Positions 31,672 to 45,880 of a stretch of DNA of 54,931 bases are shown here, piece after piece. Position 1 is the first letter of the stretch. The number at the start of each line of letters is the position of its first letter. The notes under the pieces are model-generated. The model searched no databases, was not told the origin of the DNA, and saw nothing but the letters and a program-made list of their open reading frames with translations. The position numbers and the translations under genes are program-made. Source of the stretch: Pelomyxa schiedti (Eukaryota; Protista; Evosea); the NCBI GenBank assembly GCA_020536535.1, contig JAHLWZ010000249.1, forward strand, positions 1 through 54,931, written 5' to 3'.

Positions 31672-33954
31672 TCATTCAAAGAATGACAATGGTTTTCCAT
31701 GCAGATACAGGCAGATTTTTGTTATGGTTGGTAACTTAGAAGAACACAGCTCACGTATCTCGTCGACTGTGATTCCAAACCTGTGTATCATGAACAATGT
31801 CACGTGTGGTGATAATGCAATTCCAGGCAGGAAGGTTCGAATGAGGGTGGTGTTTATTGCGTCGCCATAGTGCCTCAGTATCATCTGCCACCCTGCAAGG
31901 TCAATGTGTGGGCCAGGATGGTCAGTGAGCGTGCCAACGAGCTGTTTTCGGTGTTATTCTATGAGTTGGTTGGGGAAGGTGGCGGGGGTACATACATCAT
32001 CCAAGGGAATGTCAAATGTGTCAAGAAGCCACTGTGCACAGCGGTTCTTTCCAGAGGAAAGAAGCTTGAACAAGAGGCCATTGCCATTACTGTTGATGTG
32101 GGAGTACTGGAGGTCGAACTTGCGAATCACCCACTTCACAGTTTTGCTTGATGGCCATGTTTCTGTGTTAATCAGACACTCTCCCATGAACTCTGCTGTA
32201 GGAATCGCAGAGGTATACTCACCCACAAGCTGGAGGAAGTGCTGGAGGATTTTCAGGTCAACCATCAGCCTAACCATAACGAGCTTAATTGTACTGGAAT
32301 TCCATTGACGTGCACATGTTGGGAAGGTTTCCAGCAGGAATATAACAGCATCTGACCGGTTGTTAATGATTAAATGAAAAATGGCATCATCGACTGAGCT
32401 CTGTTTCAAACTCAACGGTTGTGGGAGGTGATGTATGAACCACTTCAAACCGTTCAAAAGAGGCGAACTATAGACAGAGCACAACTCAGTCAGTATGCTT
32501 TCAACGCAACCTGGTTTGGAATTGATGTGATCCATCACGTGGAAGGTGATATCCAACCACTCTGCCACATCAGTGTTGCTCTTCTCCAGTGCTTTTTTCA
32601 GGCCTTTGGTGATGTCACTTGGTGTGAGTGTCACCCTCGTTGAAACCCACTTGGCAAGTGATGAGGAAGAAGAACCGCTTGATGTGCAACAAGCCAATAA
32701 AAATAATTCTGTGGTTGGTGCAAATTCCTTCTCAGTTATCAACCACTCAGCAAACTCCACGTTTCCAAGATGTCCACAGAGATAGCTCAAAGTCCCCTGA
32801 CTTGGGTCAAGAGACAACGTTGTCAGCACCCACTTGGCAACGTCTGGATTGAGTATATCTTTCAGGAGGTTGTCATCAACACCGGCACTTCGGATATCAG
32901 CTTCAAAATATTGGCAATCTTCCACGGATGCATGTGCGTTCCTGAGCAGGCAACGAACTGGTTCCTCCTTGTAGTAAGGCACAGGAAATTTCTTCTCAAT
33001 GAACCACCTTGAGTTCGCAGGGCAACCGGAAATCATACACGATCTAAACAAACTCTCAAGCTTGGCGGTGCCAAGGGTATTCTCCAAGTGAAATTCGTCA
33101 AACAACCATCTGACAATTTTCTGTTTCCCACAGAACCTAGAAAGGGATTCGTACAGCATCCACGAGGCATCGCGCGTCCCAATCCCAAGAACAGATAGAA
33201 GCCACCTGGCCACCTCCACGCTGTCAGAATCACACAGGAGATCAAAAATAGGGATCCCACACGATGCCCTCACATACTCAATCACTCTTCTCCTCAGCAC
33301 ACCAGCACCACCACCACCTCCTCCCACAACAGCAGCACCCCCGACCTCGGCCGCTTTTTCTTCATCGCCATTGCCGTTGCCATTGCCTGCAACAACAACA
33401 CCACCACCACCATCGGCGGCCTTCCACGTGGCCACACGCCTACCGTCCCACAGCATCGGCAACGTGCCGTGCCACTCATCGCCACAGTCTCCCAGCAGTG
33501 CACGAGCGGCCCGCAGGTGGCCCTCCCAACACAGCCCGTCGAGCGCCGCGGCCACCTCCTTCACTGCGATCGCGAGTGTGCGATTGTGCGCCTGACCGGC
33601 CGTCGTGGCCGCCGTGGTGCCTGTTGGTGGTCCCCTGTGGTTGGAGATCCACGCGACGCACGAGGGGGCGGGGGCCCGGGCCGCGAGCGCGATGCAGCCG
33701 TACGTGGACCCTGAGTAGTTACCCGTGAGCGTGCGGGGGCCGCCGAGTGCCCTGCGGCAGGCGAGGGCCACGAGGGGGAACATCGCCTCGGCCACCGAGA
33801 ACACGTCGACGTGGCCCCGGCACCAATCCCTGAGGACTGTGGCGGTGGTGTCGTCGAGCCAGCCGGGTACCACGACCATGTCCCACACAACTCGCGAGAG
33901 GGTAAGCACGCGACCGCGGGCCACAAAACGTTCGCGGACGTCGGTCGCTGACAT
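31672..33954 (-). CDS. Lineage-specific protein with degenerate ankyrin-like helical repeats
   Basis: 666-aa first exon with recurring ..VA.WL / C..G..AEWL units; last exon 31672-~31950. Confidence 0.75.
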
Positions 33955-33955
33955 A

Positions 33956-35828
33956 CACCGGGGGGCAAGTCAAGTGAGAAAAACAGAATTTTTTAGTGAG
34001 CAAGGCAGGGTGAAGCGGCCCGATTTTGCCGGGATTTGTTGATGTTTTGTGCCGCGGGGCGGTTGGCGCGGCGCCGCGGCGGCAGCGCGGCGTGTGTGTT
34101 CGTTGAATCGGGTCTCGCCGCGGCTGCGCGGCCTTGACATAAATGGGTTTTGGTGATTGTTCAGTGGCTTGTGTCTTTTGATTATCGCTAGAACCACAAA
34201 AAAAAATCGACGAGGGGAAGCCATGCCGCCAGTGGTGAAGAGGAACAAGCAGTGGACAAGCAGAACCCATTTGCTTTTGGTTGTCTTCTTCGCCACAACT
34301 TGTTAGCTAATTATTTTATTTATCGGATAAATATTGTGTTTTGAATTTTATTATTTAACGAATTTATTTTTAAATAATTATAATGCATTAACTTCTTTAT
34401 TATTAATTAAAATTATTAATTATTAAGTTTAAAATTATTAAATAAGTATAATTACGCCTCCAGTTCTTTTTTCCATTCAACCTGTATTAGAAGTCTCCGC
34501 ATTACACCAGTATTTACGGCAGCTTTCCACCAGTATGTGGCTTCTTCTTTCTTCGTTTGCTCACGTGAGGATAATTTAGGTGCTGGACGTGGTGTCTGTA
34601 ATCCCAGCTGGCTAGGTAACTTCCTTCTGTATTTTATTATACTGGCGCGGTGGTATGGTTCTTTTTTTTTTTTTACAGTTGCGCCAGCTTCCGAGATGGC
34701 AACCGCCAACGCTCATCCCTCCCCCCTCGTCACCCCACTCAACGTACTAGGTACCAGAATGGGCACCACTCCTCACCTCACACCTCTATGTACAAGCCTG
34801 AAGTCGAAATCGACTTCAGGCAAAAAAAAAAAGTTTTCCACCCTTAAGTCCTTGGATACAAAATCGTGCCTCGTTTTTTTAAATCCACATTTTGGAGAGA
34901 AGTGGGCGTTGTGGGTACGCATGAGAGTGAAAGAGTAAGAAGGGAAATTTGGGCCTGGTTGTGCACCCGTCACAACAAAGTGTGGTAGTTGGAAAGCGGA
35001 AAAGCGGGAGAGTGGGTTAGGGAAGTTGGGGTTGGTCAGTCCGGTACCTACAACTGTTCAGCAATTACAAAAAAGGAGAAGGATGTACGTCGGTGGTTGT
35101 CATGTCAGCAGCAGCAGGCAAGTTGACCACCTAAGTGTAAAAAAAAAAAAAAAGCATACCAGTGTCCCAGCGCTATGGGAAAAAGAAAACAAAGAAACAA
35201 GAAGCCACATACCAGTGGAAGGCTCGGAAATACATTAAAGGGGTGCGGCAATGCTGTGGGCCTTATTACAAGGCGTAAATGCGTAAAAAATTACTTTTAA
35301 TTAAATTAATAATAAATAATTAATAAATAAAATATATATTAAATATTTAATATATGTGGCAAAGGTACCTCGGTTAGAAATTTGGGCTACCCCAGTACTA
35401 TAGCTCTAACCACCCCTCCGCGGCTCCCCGCCACAATATATAAATTAATTTAATTGATTCAGAAATAAAACAATTAATATTAGATGGAACGACGTGATGG
35501 AAGAGACAAGGCGGGTACCGCTTGTTCCTCTTCACCCCAGGGCGGCATGGTCTCCCCTCGTAGCAGCGATTTTTTTGATGGTAGTGGAGATAAACAAAGA
35601 GGCAAGTCACTGCACAGTCTCCACAACCCCAAACATGCCATTTATGTCAAGGCCGCGCAGCCGAGGCGAGACCCGATTCAACGAACACACACGCCGCGCT
35701 GCCGCCGCGGCGCCGCGCCAACCGCCCCACGGCACAAAACATCAACAAATCCCGGCAAAATCGGGCCGCTTCACCCTGCCTTGCTCACTAAAAAATTCGG
35801 TTTTTCTCACTTGACTTGCCCCCCGGTG
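33956..35828. mobile_element. Non-autonomous DNA transposon with 191-bp TIRs flanked by TA (Tc1/mariner/IS630-like)
   Basis: 33956-34146 is the reverse complement of 35638-35828 (3 mismatches by eye); TA|CACCGGGGGGC...GCCCCCCGGTG|TA; AT-rich blocks inside. Confidence 0.88.
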
Positions 35829-36255
35829 TAGCAGAGTGTCGTGACATCTCGTAGAGATTTTTGGTATTGACGGTGGCTACTGATGGCTTGTGTACAAATC
35901 CGAGAAAGAGAACTGGAGGTACTCATCTCCCAGGAGAGCTGCCTGACAAGATTGGCCATGATGTGTATATCGTTCTTAGCCGTACCAGTCGCTGCTGCAT
36001 TCCTCAGTTTGTAGATGTGAATTTATGTGACAATCTGATTGTCTCTTACTTAATTTCCTAGTACGAAGTATGTAGGAGCTAGAAACAATTTGTTTATTTT
36101 GCATTCTTCCCACCTCTCCTTTTTTTCATCCATAAAAAAAATAATTCGTTCTTTTCCATGGCCTGCTGGCACCAGGGTGAAAAACATGTAAAATTTTCCA
36201 AGTTTCACCCCATTTAAATGGGGAAAAAACCAGAACTTGGGCGTTAGTGTTTAAG

Positions 36256-38023
36256 TTAATGGCCAGTGGGTATCTTGTGGGCAACATTCTCGCGGTGTAT
36301 GAGGTGGCAAGTGTCATCCACCAACTTGACATGTTGGTCTAACTTGGTTGCCCAGTCATTGAGCACATCAGAGGCGTCCATTCTCTTCCCAAAGCGGACA
36401 ATTCCGGCGGGTCTGTCTAGGCGGGCGTATATGTCCTTGCTGACAACTGCAATGGAGAGTTTGTCTTCAAGTTCCTCGGGTGTGAGTGAAAGCAGCTGGA
36501 CGAGTCTTTTGAAGGTGATTTGCGTGTAGTAGCGTGCAATTACTCGGAGGTTGTGTGCTATGACACGGTCACGTAGGTCGGACCATGATGTAGAGTTTGG
36601 GTCGCCAGTAGCAAAGACATCAACCTCAGTTATGCCGGGGTCAGTAGCTGTGGGAGACAAAAATTCCTTCGTCTCTGGCCAACTGTTGAAAAAAATTAAC
36701 TTTGGGGAAGTAATTGGGGAAAATAACCTAATGAGTTCTTGTGTGGTAAATTTCTGTACAAGCCAAAAATACTTGGGCAAATCCTTTGTGTGCTTATCAG
36801 AAAGCATTCGGGAAACAATGTCAGCTTGCTCCATGCCGAAATTGGATAAAACTGAATGTGTAACAACGTGTTTTAGAGCTGCTTGCCACTTCAATGGATC
36901 CTAGTCCCGTGTTAAAAGGATTGCGTTTGGAGTTTAGAATACCTGTTGCACAGAAGGTGTATCATAAATATGAAGGTAGCAGCGGCATATCTCCAAGTAG
37001 TTTTTGGAATTCTTGTAGTAAATAATCATCAATTGGTAAAACTTAAGCTTCAATTCTTCCATGTCCTTCTCTAACAATAGAGTTCTGTTAACCTGCAAGT
37101 GGATGAATGGAAAGTGAAAAAGTTGTGATGATCTCACCTTATTTGATAATATGAGACCTCTTACAAAGTCCTGTGTGGCTAGGCATAGCCTCACTTGCTC
37201 CAAAATGAACCTTGTCTTCTCCCTCCTATCCAGACTGCCATAGGTCTCTATTTGTATCTCCTGCATCAATTTACTTGCGGTAAGCTGGTCCCCTTCTTTC
37301 TCGTGAAGTTCGGCAAGAATCTCGGTCAGATTAGCACGTTCCACTTCTACAAAAATTTTCCCTTCAGTAATTCCCAGAAGATTCCGAATAAGATCCATTC
37401 TCTGTTAGGAGGGGAGAGGTGACTAATACAACTGAGAAAAGATTCCGCCACACCGTTGCCTTAAAGGAAGGGTCTGTCATCTCCTTCACAAACAACAAGC
37501 CCTTTTGCACGATGTGCTGAATCACGGTCTTCAATTGTCCGCGTCTCTTGGACAGTAGCAGCAGGTTGTCATTCAGGGCCCTGAAGTGAGAAGGAAAGTA
37601 GGGGGGAAAAAAAGTGAATAAAGAACACAAAAAAATAGTTAGCACACACTTGAAGTCCCTGACCTCCCAGCACAACGAAACAATTGCCAGCGCCACTTTT
37701 GAGGTCTGAGTTACGTCCTCCGCATTCCTAGCGTGCTTTTCCAGCAACAACAATCTCTCCACGGCCTTTGCGAGATCCGTCTTGGCCAGTGCGGAGCACT
37801 CGGGAAGAGCGATGGCCAATTCCGCGTGGAACGCCTCGTCCACAACGCGTTTTTTCGCCGCGCGAGGCACCGCTTTCGGCTTGGGGATTGTCGCAGTCGC
37901 AGATCCAGATGAAGGCGTGTTGGTTGACGTAGTTGGCGTTGTTCCGCTGGCGGCACCCTCGTCCTTTTTGTCGTTGTTGGCATTGTCGCCACTTATACTT
38001 TCGTTCTTCTCGTCTTCCTGCAT
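36256..38023 (-). CDS. RPN5: 26S proteasome lid subunit RPN5/PSMD12
   Basis: LLLLEKHARNAED, LLSKRRGQLK, ITEGKIFVEVERA, QIETYGSL, ILEQVRLCL, RVIAHNLRVIARYY, ARLDRPAGIVRF, HLIHRE. Confidence 0.95.
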
Positions 38024-38320
38024 TGGCGCCACGCTGCCGAGATTTTTTTTTCTTTTTTGTTGCTTCCGAGCAATCAAGTTTTTCTGGGCGTGCTCTACAT
38101 GGAAAGTACTTCCAGTTTCTTGGAGCAACGTTCACACTCCGCGTAGTTGGCCAGTAGTTCTGATCTGTGTGCCCCTCTTCAGTTAAGAGTGAACACCCCA
38201 GATCTCATTCCGCGAACCATTCACCGAATGTTCAGGGCTGATGGGTGCAAAAAATAACGGATTTTGCGTCACCGATGAGGCAAAAAAAGGAAGCCAGAAA
38301 ACAACGTCATTCAAACAGGC

Positions 38321-39294
<974 letters not shown>

Positions 39295-39400
39295 GAAGAT
39301 TTAACATATGTAAATAAATAAATGCGTGGGATTACTTCCACACAAAATTTCTCTTCTTTTGGACTTAACTTGTTCTGACTTATATGCCCTGTTGACTCTC

Positions 39401-42400
39401 TTACAGGCGTGGTTTCCCACAAGTCAGACACACCTTGGTTTTTGTGGGTCTCATATTACATAAGGGCATTTGTGCAAGCACTTACTTGGGCACCTTGTTG
39501 AAGTAATGTGTTACAATTACTGCATACATCTGTTTTCTGTGTTGTTTCCGTATAAAACTGTGGTTGTGTTTAGTGAATGTAAAAAAGTGAGTATGTGAAC
39601 AGACCAGTTTTGTTGAGCCTTGTGTTGAAACAGGGGCAGTGCTGGGGTTACATATGTTTCCAAAGAAAGCCTATCATTGCAATAAATACCTGTAATTTGC
39701 AGATGATAATGATTCTGGTGAGCTCAAGACACTGGGTGATATAGGATCAAGGGTAGGGTCTTGGGACGGTATTACCGAGGCAGTGGCTTGTGGACAGTGC
39801 GCTATTTGTGGTTAATTGGTTATATTAGATGCATGTATTTTATTTAAATCGCTATTTTGTGAAAAGAACCTGAAATGATATTCAAAACATCAGAGAATGC
39901 CGGCCGGGATGCTGGATTGTGTGCCCAGCACTTGTTTACAAGCTCACAAATATTGGGGTTGGCAGGAGGTAGTGTTGGTCTCTCACCCCTTTTGTCAGTG
40001 GTGAGAGTACATTATCTTACACGCCCATACAAACTGAATCTTTTTGAGAAGTACGGTTGCTTGATGAAATTCACTCCACGGCAATACTCTTGCAATCATC
40101 TCCCACAACATGAGTCCATAGGAGAAAACGTCAACGGCTTGCCCATAGTCACTGCCCATGTCCATTTCAGGAGCAGAGTACCTTTTAGAGGTTGTAAAGG
40201 GAGGTACAAGGGAACTTCATATCCTTACGCAGGAGTACCAACACTGGCAGTAAACTGATGACTATCAGAGCACCTTGCTAGTCCGAAATCGGCTTTTGTT
40301 TGTATTTTTATCATTCGTCAGAAACGAACAAAAGCAAAAACCCAAACCTATTTTTATTATAGCCCTTGTCCAATCTTGTACCAAAATATTTGCTGGCTAC
40401 TTGAAGATCAGCCATTAATAGGGGAGATGAGAGAAACCTTCAGATCTCTATTTCATACTGATAAGTGCAAAAAAAAGAGAGGCGGGGGGAGTGAAGAACC
40501 TGTGCATTAACTTCTGACTGTGTATGTAGTCCATTCCACAGGCAATCTTATCAACTCGTTAATTCGAGATAACAAGATTAATGTGTTACATTATAGGCGA
40601 GCCGATACACTTGAATGTCACTCATTGGATATCTATGTGGATCATACATGTATTTGGTCAAATTTCCACCTGGAATGAATTCCGTAACCAAGCAAAGAAA
40701 ACCTTCTTTCTGTCCAGGTAAGAGAAATTGGATTTTTTAAAACACAAACCTGGAAGTAGCCAAGACTACTCAACACGAACTTATGTCGTACAGTGGCCAG
40801 GGCTGTTACCTCTCTTATGAATTCATCTTGTTCCTTTTGATTCATGGCAGAAAATGGTTTCTTCAGAACTTTTATGGCATATTGTGTGTTATCTGTGGAT
40901 TTCTTTTTCCTACCAATATATACATTCCCATAGAACCCTTCACCAATCGTCTGTAGAATAGAATCAAAAACAATAGATGGTAAGGGAATGTACAATGGGT
41001 TCAATTTCGAAATCATTTGGTTTGAGTGAGGTGCCCAAAGAGAGGCTTGGAATTTCCGATACAAGTCCCGATATCAATTCTAGTGTCTGTAGAACATCTT
41101 TGATTGCAAACAAGAATTTGGCTCCAGTGTGAGTAACCAGGGCCAGACTATTGCGAGTGAGCTCTCTTTGGAAATTAAATCCTCGAAATGACTTGTGTTT
41201 CAAATCAACCTGGTGGCGAGCATATCAATTTCAGAGAGGTGCACGATATCTATAACTTCATCTGTTGTGCTACGTATCTGAATTTCTGTGGCAAGAATGT
41301 ATACGTTGTAGCTTCTATGGACCCACTTGTCTGGAAGTTTGACAGGAACAGGACAAAACTGCTTTATAACTCCTAATGACCGTAAGAATATGTAAAGAAA
41401 AAGGACATGAGTGTTACGTCGCTCATTTTCTGTACTGCCAATGGGGGATAGATCAGCAAGGGAAATTAAACCTGGTTTGTATAGGGTAAAGACCATATTA
41501 CATTTTAGGTGTCAGTACTCTTTGTGTGGTAGCGTTTTATGTGCTCTTGGCCACACACTACAGTGGTTGTCCCTGACACCGAACTGCAACGGATATTTGT
41601 AGTGGCCTCACAAATGTATTGGGGTCTAAGCACAGTGGTTAACAACTGCAAAAAAGGGACTTGTTGGAGAACTTGTCTGGTCGTCTTATATCAAACAAGG
41701 TTATCCCGTGTGTGCATCCTGTCAGAACAATGGGACTATCACCAAGACAGGAGCAGCAGAAGCATGTGCAACGTGAAGGGTGTACGTGTTGAAAAAGAGT
41801 AACTCGCGACGGAGACCAAGATGCCACAACTGGTATTGATCCAAAGTTTGGGATAGGTGGTGGACCTTGTGGATGTGGAGGTAGTGGAGGTAGCGGAGGA
41901 GTAAGTGGAAGTGCAGGTGAAGCTGAAGGTGAGGGAGTGCGGGATTTTGAAGGAGAAGGCATTGGTAAGAGAATGTGTGGAGTTGGTGGTGTAGCCGGGA
42001 TTGATTGTGGTGAGGGAACTGTTTCCAGGCTCTCCACTTCTGTGATAGCTTCTGGTGTATCAACAGAAGAGGTTGAAGGTGTAGAAGGCGATGCCGTCGT
42101 GCCTGAAGAGCTGTGTAATGGCATTGGTATTGGAGTCGGGTTTGTGGAATTGGGTGTTTTATGAGATGAGGAATCGCCAATTCTCATGTCATGTACGGAT
42201 ACATCCTTTTCCGTGCAAACCACAAGCATTGTGTCATTGTTGTAAAAGTTGCAACAAATGGAACTAGAAACATCAGCAGAGAAGACTGCATCTCCTCTGT
42301 GGGCATCCCACACAACTACACCTCCAATACCACATGCAGCAGCAACCTTGGTCTCAGAAGTATCCAGAAATATAGGACTGCCAGGACAAGGAAGAACCAG

Positions 42401-43171
42401 TTTGGGAGTGAGAGGTTGCACACTACATGAAATCGCCGAGTGAGTAAATGGGGATGATTCTGAATCATGTCCCCACACTGTTACGCGTGAAGAGGCAGTA
42501 CTGTGTGGTGCTGGTGTACAAGAGGTAACTAGCACAAACCGATCCTGCCCGGGAATAAACTGACACGCTGTAACAGCCAATGCATCTCGATGAGTGGCTT
42601 CATACTTGGGCACAACACCAGGCTTTGGTACTAGTTGGAGAAAAAAAAAGTAAAACGGCACCGAGTTAGTTGCAGTGCTGGTGTCATTCTCTTAGCATAC
42701 AAATAGTAGTACAGAGCAATTTAGTAAAGGACCCAAAACCACAGGGAAAGAAACAAACAAAGAAAGAAAGAAGGGAGGGAGAGAGGGGGGAAGGGGCAGT
42801 AGCAGTGGTAGTAGATAAATACATTCCGCTAACTCGCTTACGAGAAGTGAAGGCTGGGACCTGCCGGCGTCGTGGGCCAGGAGGCCGCCGTCGGGGGTGA
42901 GGGCGACGCACACGGCGTTTGCGTTGAGCACGGCGGGCTTGGGGGGCCGCAGGCGGATGGGGTCGAAGCCGCGGCCGCGCGAGGGCCGCAGCACGACGCC
43001 GGTGCCCCCGATGAGCTGCCCCATGGCCGTGCGGCACCGCGACGCGAAGGCCAGCGACTCCCCGCCGCTGCGCTGGTTGCGCGCGACCGACACCTGCCGC
43101 ACGTTGCGCTCGACGATCGACGACGTGAGCCCGACTTCTCGCTTGTTTCCGCCGCCCCCGCTCGAGAACAT
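39401..43171 (-). CDS. WD40-like repeat plus tyrosine-kinase-like protein kinase with a C-terminal CxxC...CxxC zinc ribbon
   Basis: VVVWD, VSVHD, ITLFD repeats; IGEGFYG, AIKVLK, FIREV, HRDLKPANIL, ADFGLAR, GTP, YMAPE, DVFSYG; ends CSNC...CLTCGKPRL*. Confidence 0.8.
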
Positions 43172-43583
43172 CCCTTTTTCACCTTGTTGCTTGTTGTTGT
43201 CCTTCTTTCCTTTATGCTGATGCTGTTGTTGGTCTTGTTCTTGGGGTTGGTCTCTTGTGGTTGTGTGTTTCTTATTGCCGTACACGGCGCAGAGCGTTCT
43301 TGTGCAGTAATTTTGGGTTTCGGCGAAGAGAGTGAAAGGGGATAGATCCTGAGATAAGAGATGCGGAGGACGTGCACTTTCTATTCTATGCATTGATAAA
43401 TAGAATAGGTTTTAGAAGTTCCTGTGAGAGGAAGTTCCTTTCATTGATGTCACCCACAGTTGAATTTTTTCCTTTCTTAAACACCGCGGGATGACTTTTA
43501 TCACAATCTTAATTAAACCAATCCGAGACCTCAATCACAAACACAGCGGAGCAACAAGCAAATAAGCGACAAAACACGACAAG

Positions 43584-44545
43584 ATGCAACCACCTGTAAT
43601 GTCAACCGCAGCCGTCGCTACACCCACCCCAGCTGTTGCCACAACAGCCGCAACACCCGGTGTTAATATTCCAACTTTCAAGTGCGTACTCGTCGGTGAT
43701 GGTGGCACAGGAAAAACAAGTATGTTAACTCTCCTCCTTGGGGTTTTTTTTCCCTTTTGTAATAATGCTGAAATGACTTGTTATTGCTGTATCACGGTTG
43801 TGCTAACTTGTTTTTCCAGCCTTCGTTAAGAGACACTTGAGCGGTGAGTTCGAGAAGAAGTACATTCGTAAGTTTTCCAGTTTTACTTTATTTATCATTT
43901 ACCTTTGTCATGTAGCAACCCTTGGCGTTGAGGTTCACCCCTTGGTCTTTGCCACCAACTGCGGACCTATTCGTTTCAATGTGTGGGATACTGCTGGTCA
44001 AGAGAAATTTGGAGGCCTTCGCGATGGATACTACATCCAAGGGCAATGCGCTATTGTAATGTTCGATGTCACAAATCGAGTCACCTACAAAAACGTACCC
44101 AACTGGCACAAGGACTTGGTCAGAGTTTGTAAGTTCCTCCACTTCAATCTTCCTGCTGTATGCTAACCGCACTCAAAACACAGGTGAAAATATTCCAATT
44201 GTTCTTTGCGGCAACAAGGTTGACATCAAGGACCGCAAAGTGAGACCCAAACAAATCACTTTCCACCGCAAGAAGAACCTTCAATACTACGACATCAGTG
44301 CCAAGTCCAACTACCACTTTGAGAAACCCTTCCTGTGGTTGGCCAGAAAGCTTTCCGGGTATGGTCCAACTCTTAGAACCACAGTCATTCTAATTCACAA
44401 CAGAAACGCCGCACTTCAATTTGTGGAGGAAGTTGCCCTTCGCCCCGCTGAAGTCCAACTTGATTTGGAGCAAATGAGACAATACAAGGACGAAATCAAG
44501 ACTGCCAAGGCTGTGCCTCTTCCAGAGGACGAGGAGGACATTTGA
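43584..44545 (+). CDS. RAN: Ran GTPase
   Basis: [79 protein letters not shown], acidic tail LPEDEEDI. Confidence 0.98.
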
Positions 44546-44823
44546 GAGGCCCCAAGAGCGGTGTCTGCTGTGAACCTAGTTTTTTTTTTTGTTGGAATAC
44601 TGGGGTCGTAAGACCACAGTGAATGCCCCTTTTGCATTTGTTAAAGAAAAAACCAAGAAAATTGAGGGGAACGAAAGTAATTTCCCTCTTATCTATGTCT
44701 TTGCAAAATTGCAAAAAAAAAAAAAGCGAATTGAGAGGTACTTTTTTACATCCGGGTGAATACGTATCCTTTTGTTTGTTTATTCGCCCAATAATGTGGG
44801 TGGCGCAGAACTGCTAGAAATCT

Positions 44824-45239
44824 ATGGCATGCAAGATCCAACAGGCGACGAGTAGGTCCGAGGTAGCAGATCTCATTACAAGGCCCGTACTTACCATCGT
44901 GGAGTTCTTTGTACCGTGTATGAAATGACCTTTAAGTGTGATTTCACAATCCGAAAAGGGTGCCATGCATGCCTTGGAATTGCACAATTTTTTGACCAGT
45001 TGGCCATGGACAATCCGCTTGTGAAGTTTGTGAGTGTTGATGTGGCGAGATACAAGGAAATTGGCTTAGCATACTCGATAACGGCATATCCAACTTTCAA
45101 AGTATGTCAAGACACACCTACCCAGGATTAAAAGCTAACAAATAAAAAGTTCTACAAGAGGGGATCGCTACTTGACACATTAGAGGGGGCATCAGAGAAG
45201 CTCTTGGAGTCTAAAACAAGGCTATATTCATCAATCTGA
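44824..45239 (+). CDS. Thioredoxin with a WCHAC active site
   Basis: Spliced: LTIVEFFVPW|CHACLGIAQFFDQLA...FVSVDV...ITAYPTFK|FYKRG...LEGAS; the Trp codon is split by an intron. Confidence 0.85.
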
Positions 45240-45880
45240 CCGGACCAAAGATACAGTAGTATTGCTAGGGGATGAATTGCATTCTTTGGCGGGAAAGGGT
45301 GGTAATGATAGAATAGACGTTAGAAGAATCCTGTCCAGCACGTGTTCTTGCAACCAGTTCGAACTTGACGGGCAGTGATAGATTCCCCACAGTACTGCAG
45401 GAATACACCTTGGAGGATTGGTTTGTAACCACATGTCTGAAGAACTGCAAAAAAGATCTTACAATTCCGGCATTTTTATCCTAGGAGCGTTCGTTGAATG
45501 AAGAACTGGACTTCAAGTTTCGCCTTTACCGATATCGCAAAGTCAAACTCTGTCACTTGACAGGACCAGAGTTTTCACACCAGGGATTGGTTGGTGTAAA
45601 CGTGCTTTCCCCAGTTGCCGGAGTAACCAAGCTCTTTTTTGAAAATGAACCACTGGTGGCTGGCCAGTGTTGTCATTGAACATTTACAGCAGAAATGACT
45701 GTACAGCACAGAAGCCGAAAACAGCCTTTGTAGTTCTGTTACCAACGTTGCTGTTTTTCTACTTTCACTGGCACGACGATGGCTCTGTTTGTTGTTGCAC
45801 AGCATAATAAACAACATCGGAGAAAAAGGTGCCATTCCTTATTATGGCTTCTACTAAATACCAAGTTAGCGCTCACACCG

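Noticed and set aside
33956-35828. TIR element acting as a self-removing intron (introner)
   Set aside because: Ends read CACC...GGTG on both strands, not GT/GC...AG
45240-45880. Possible extra gene between thioredoxin and the hairpin repeats
   Set aside because: Only short ORFs with no recognisable motif; I could not build a supported model
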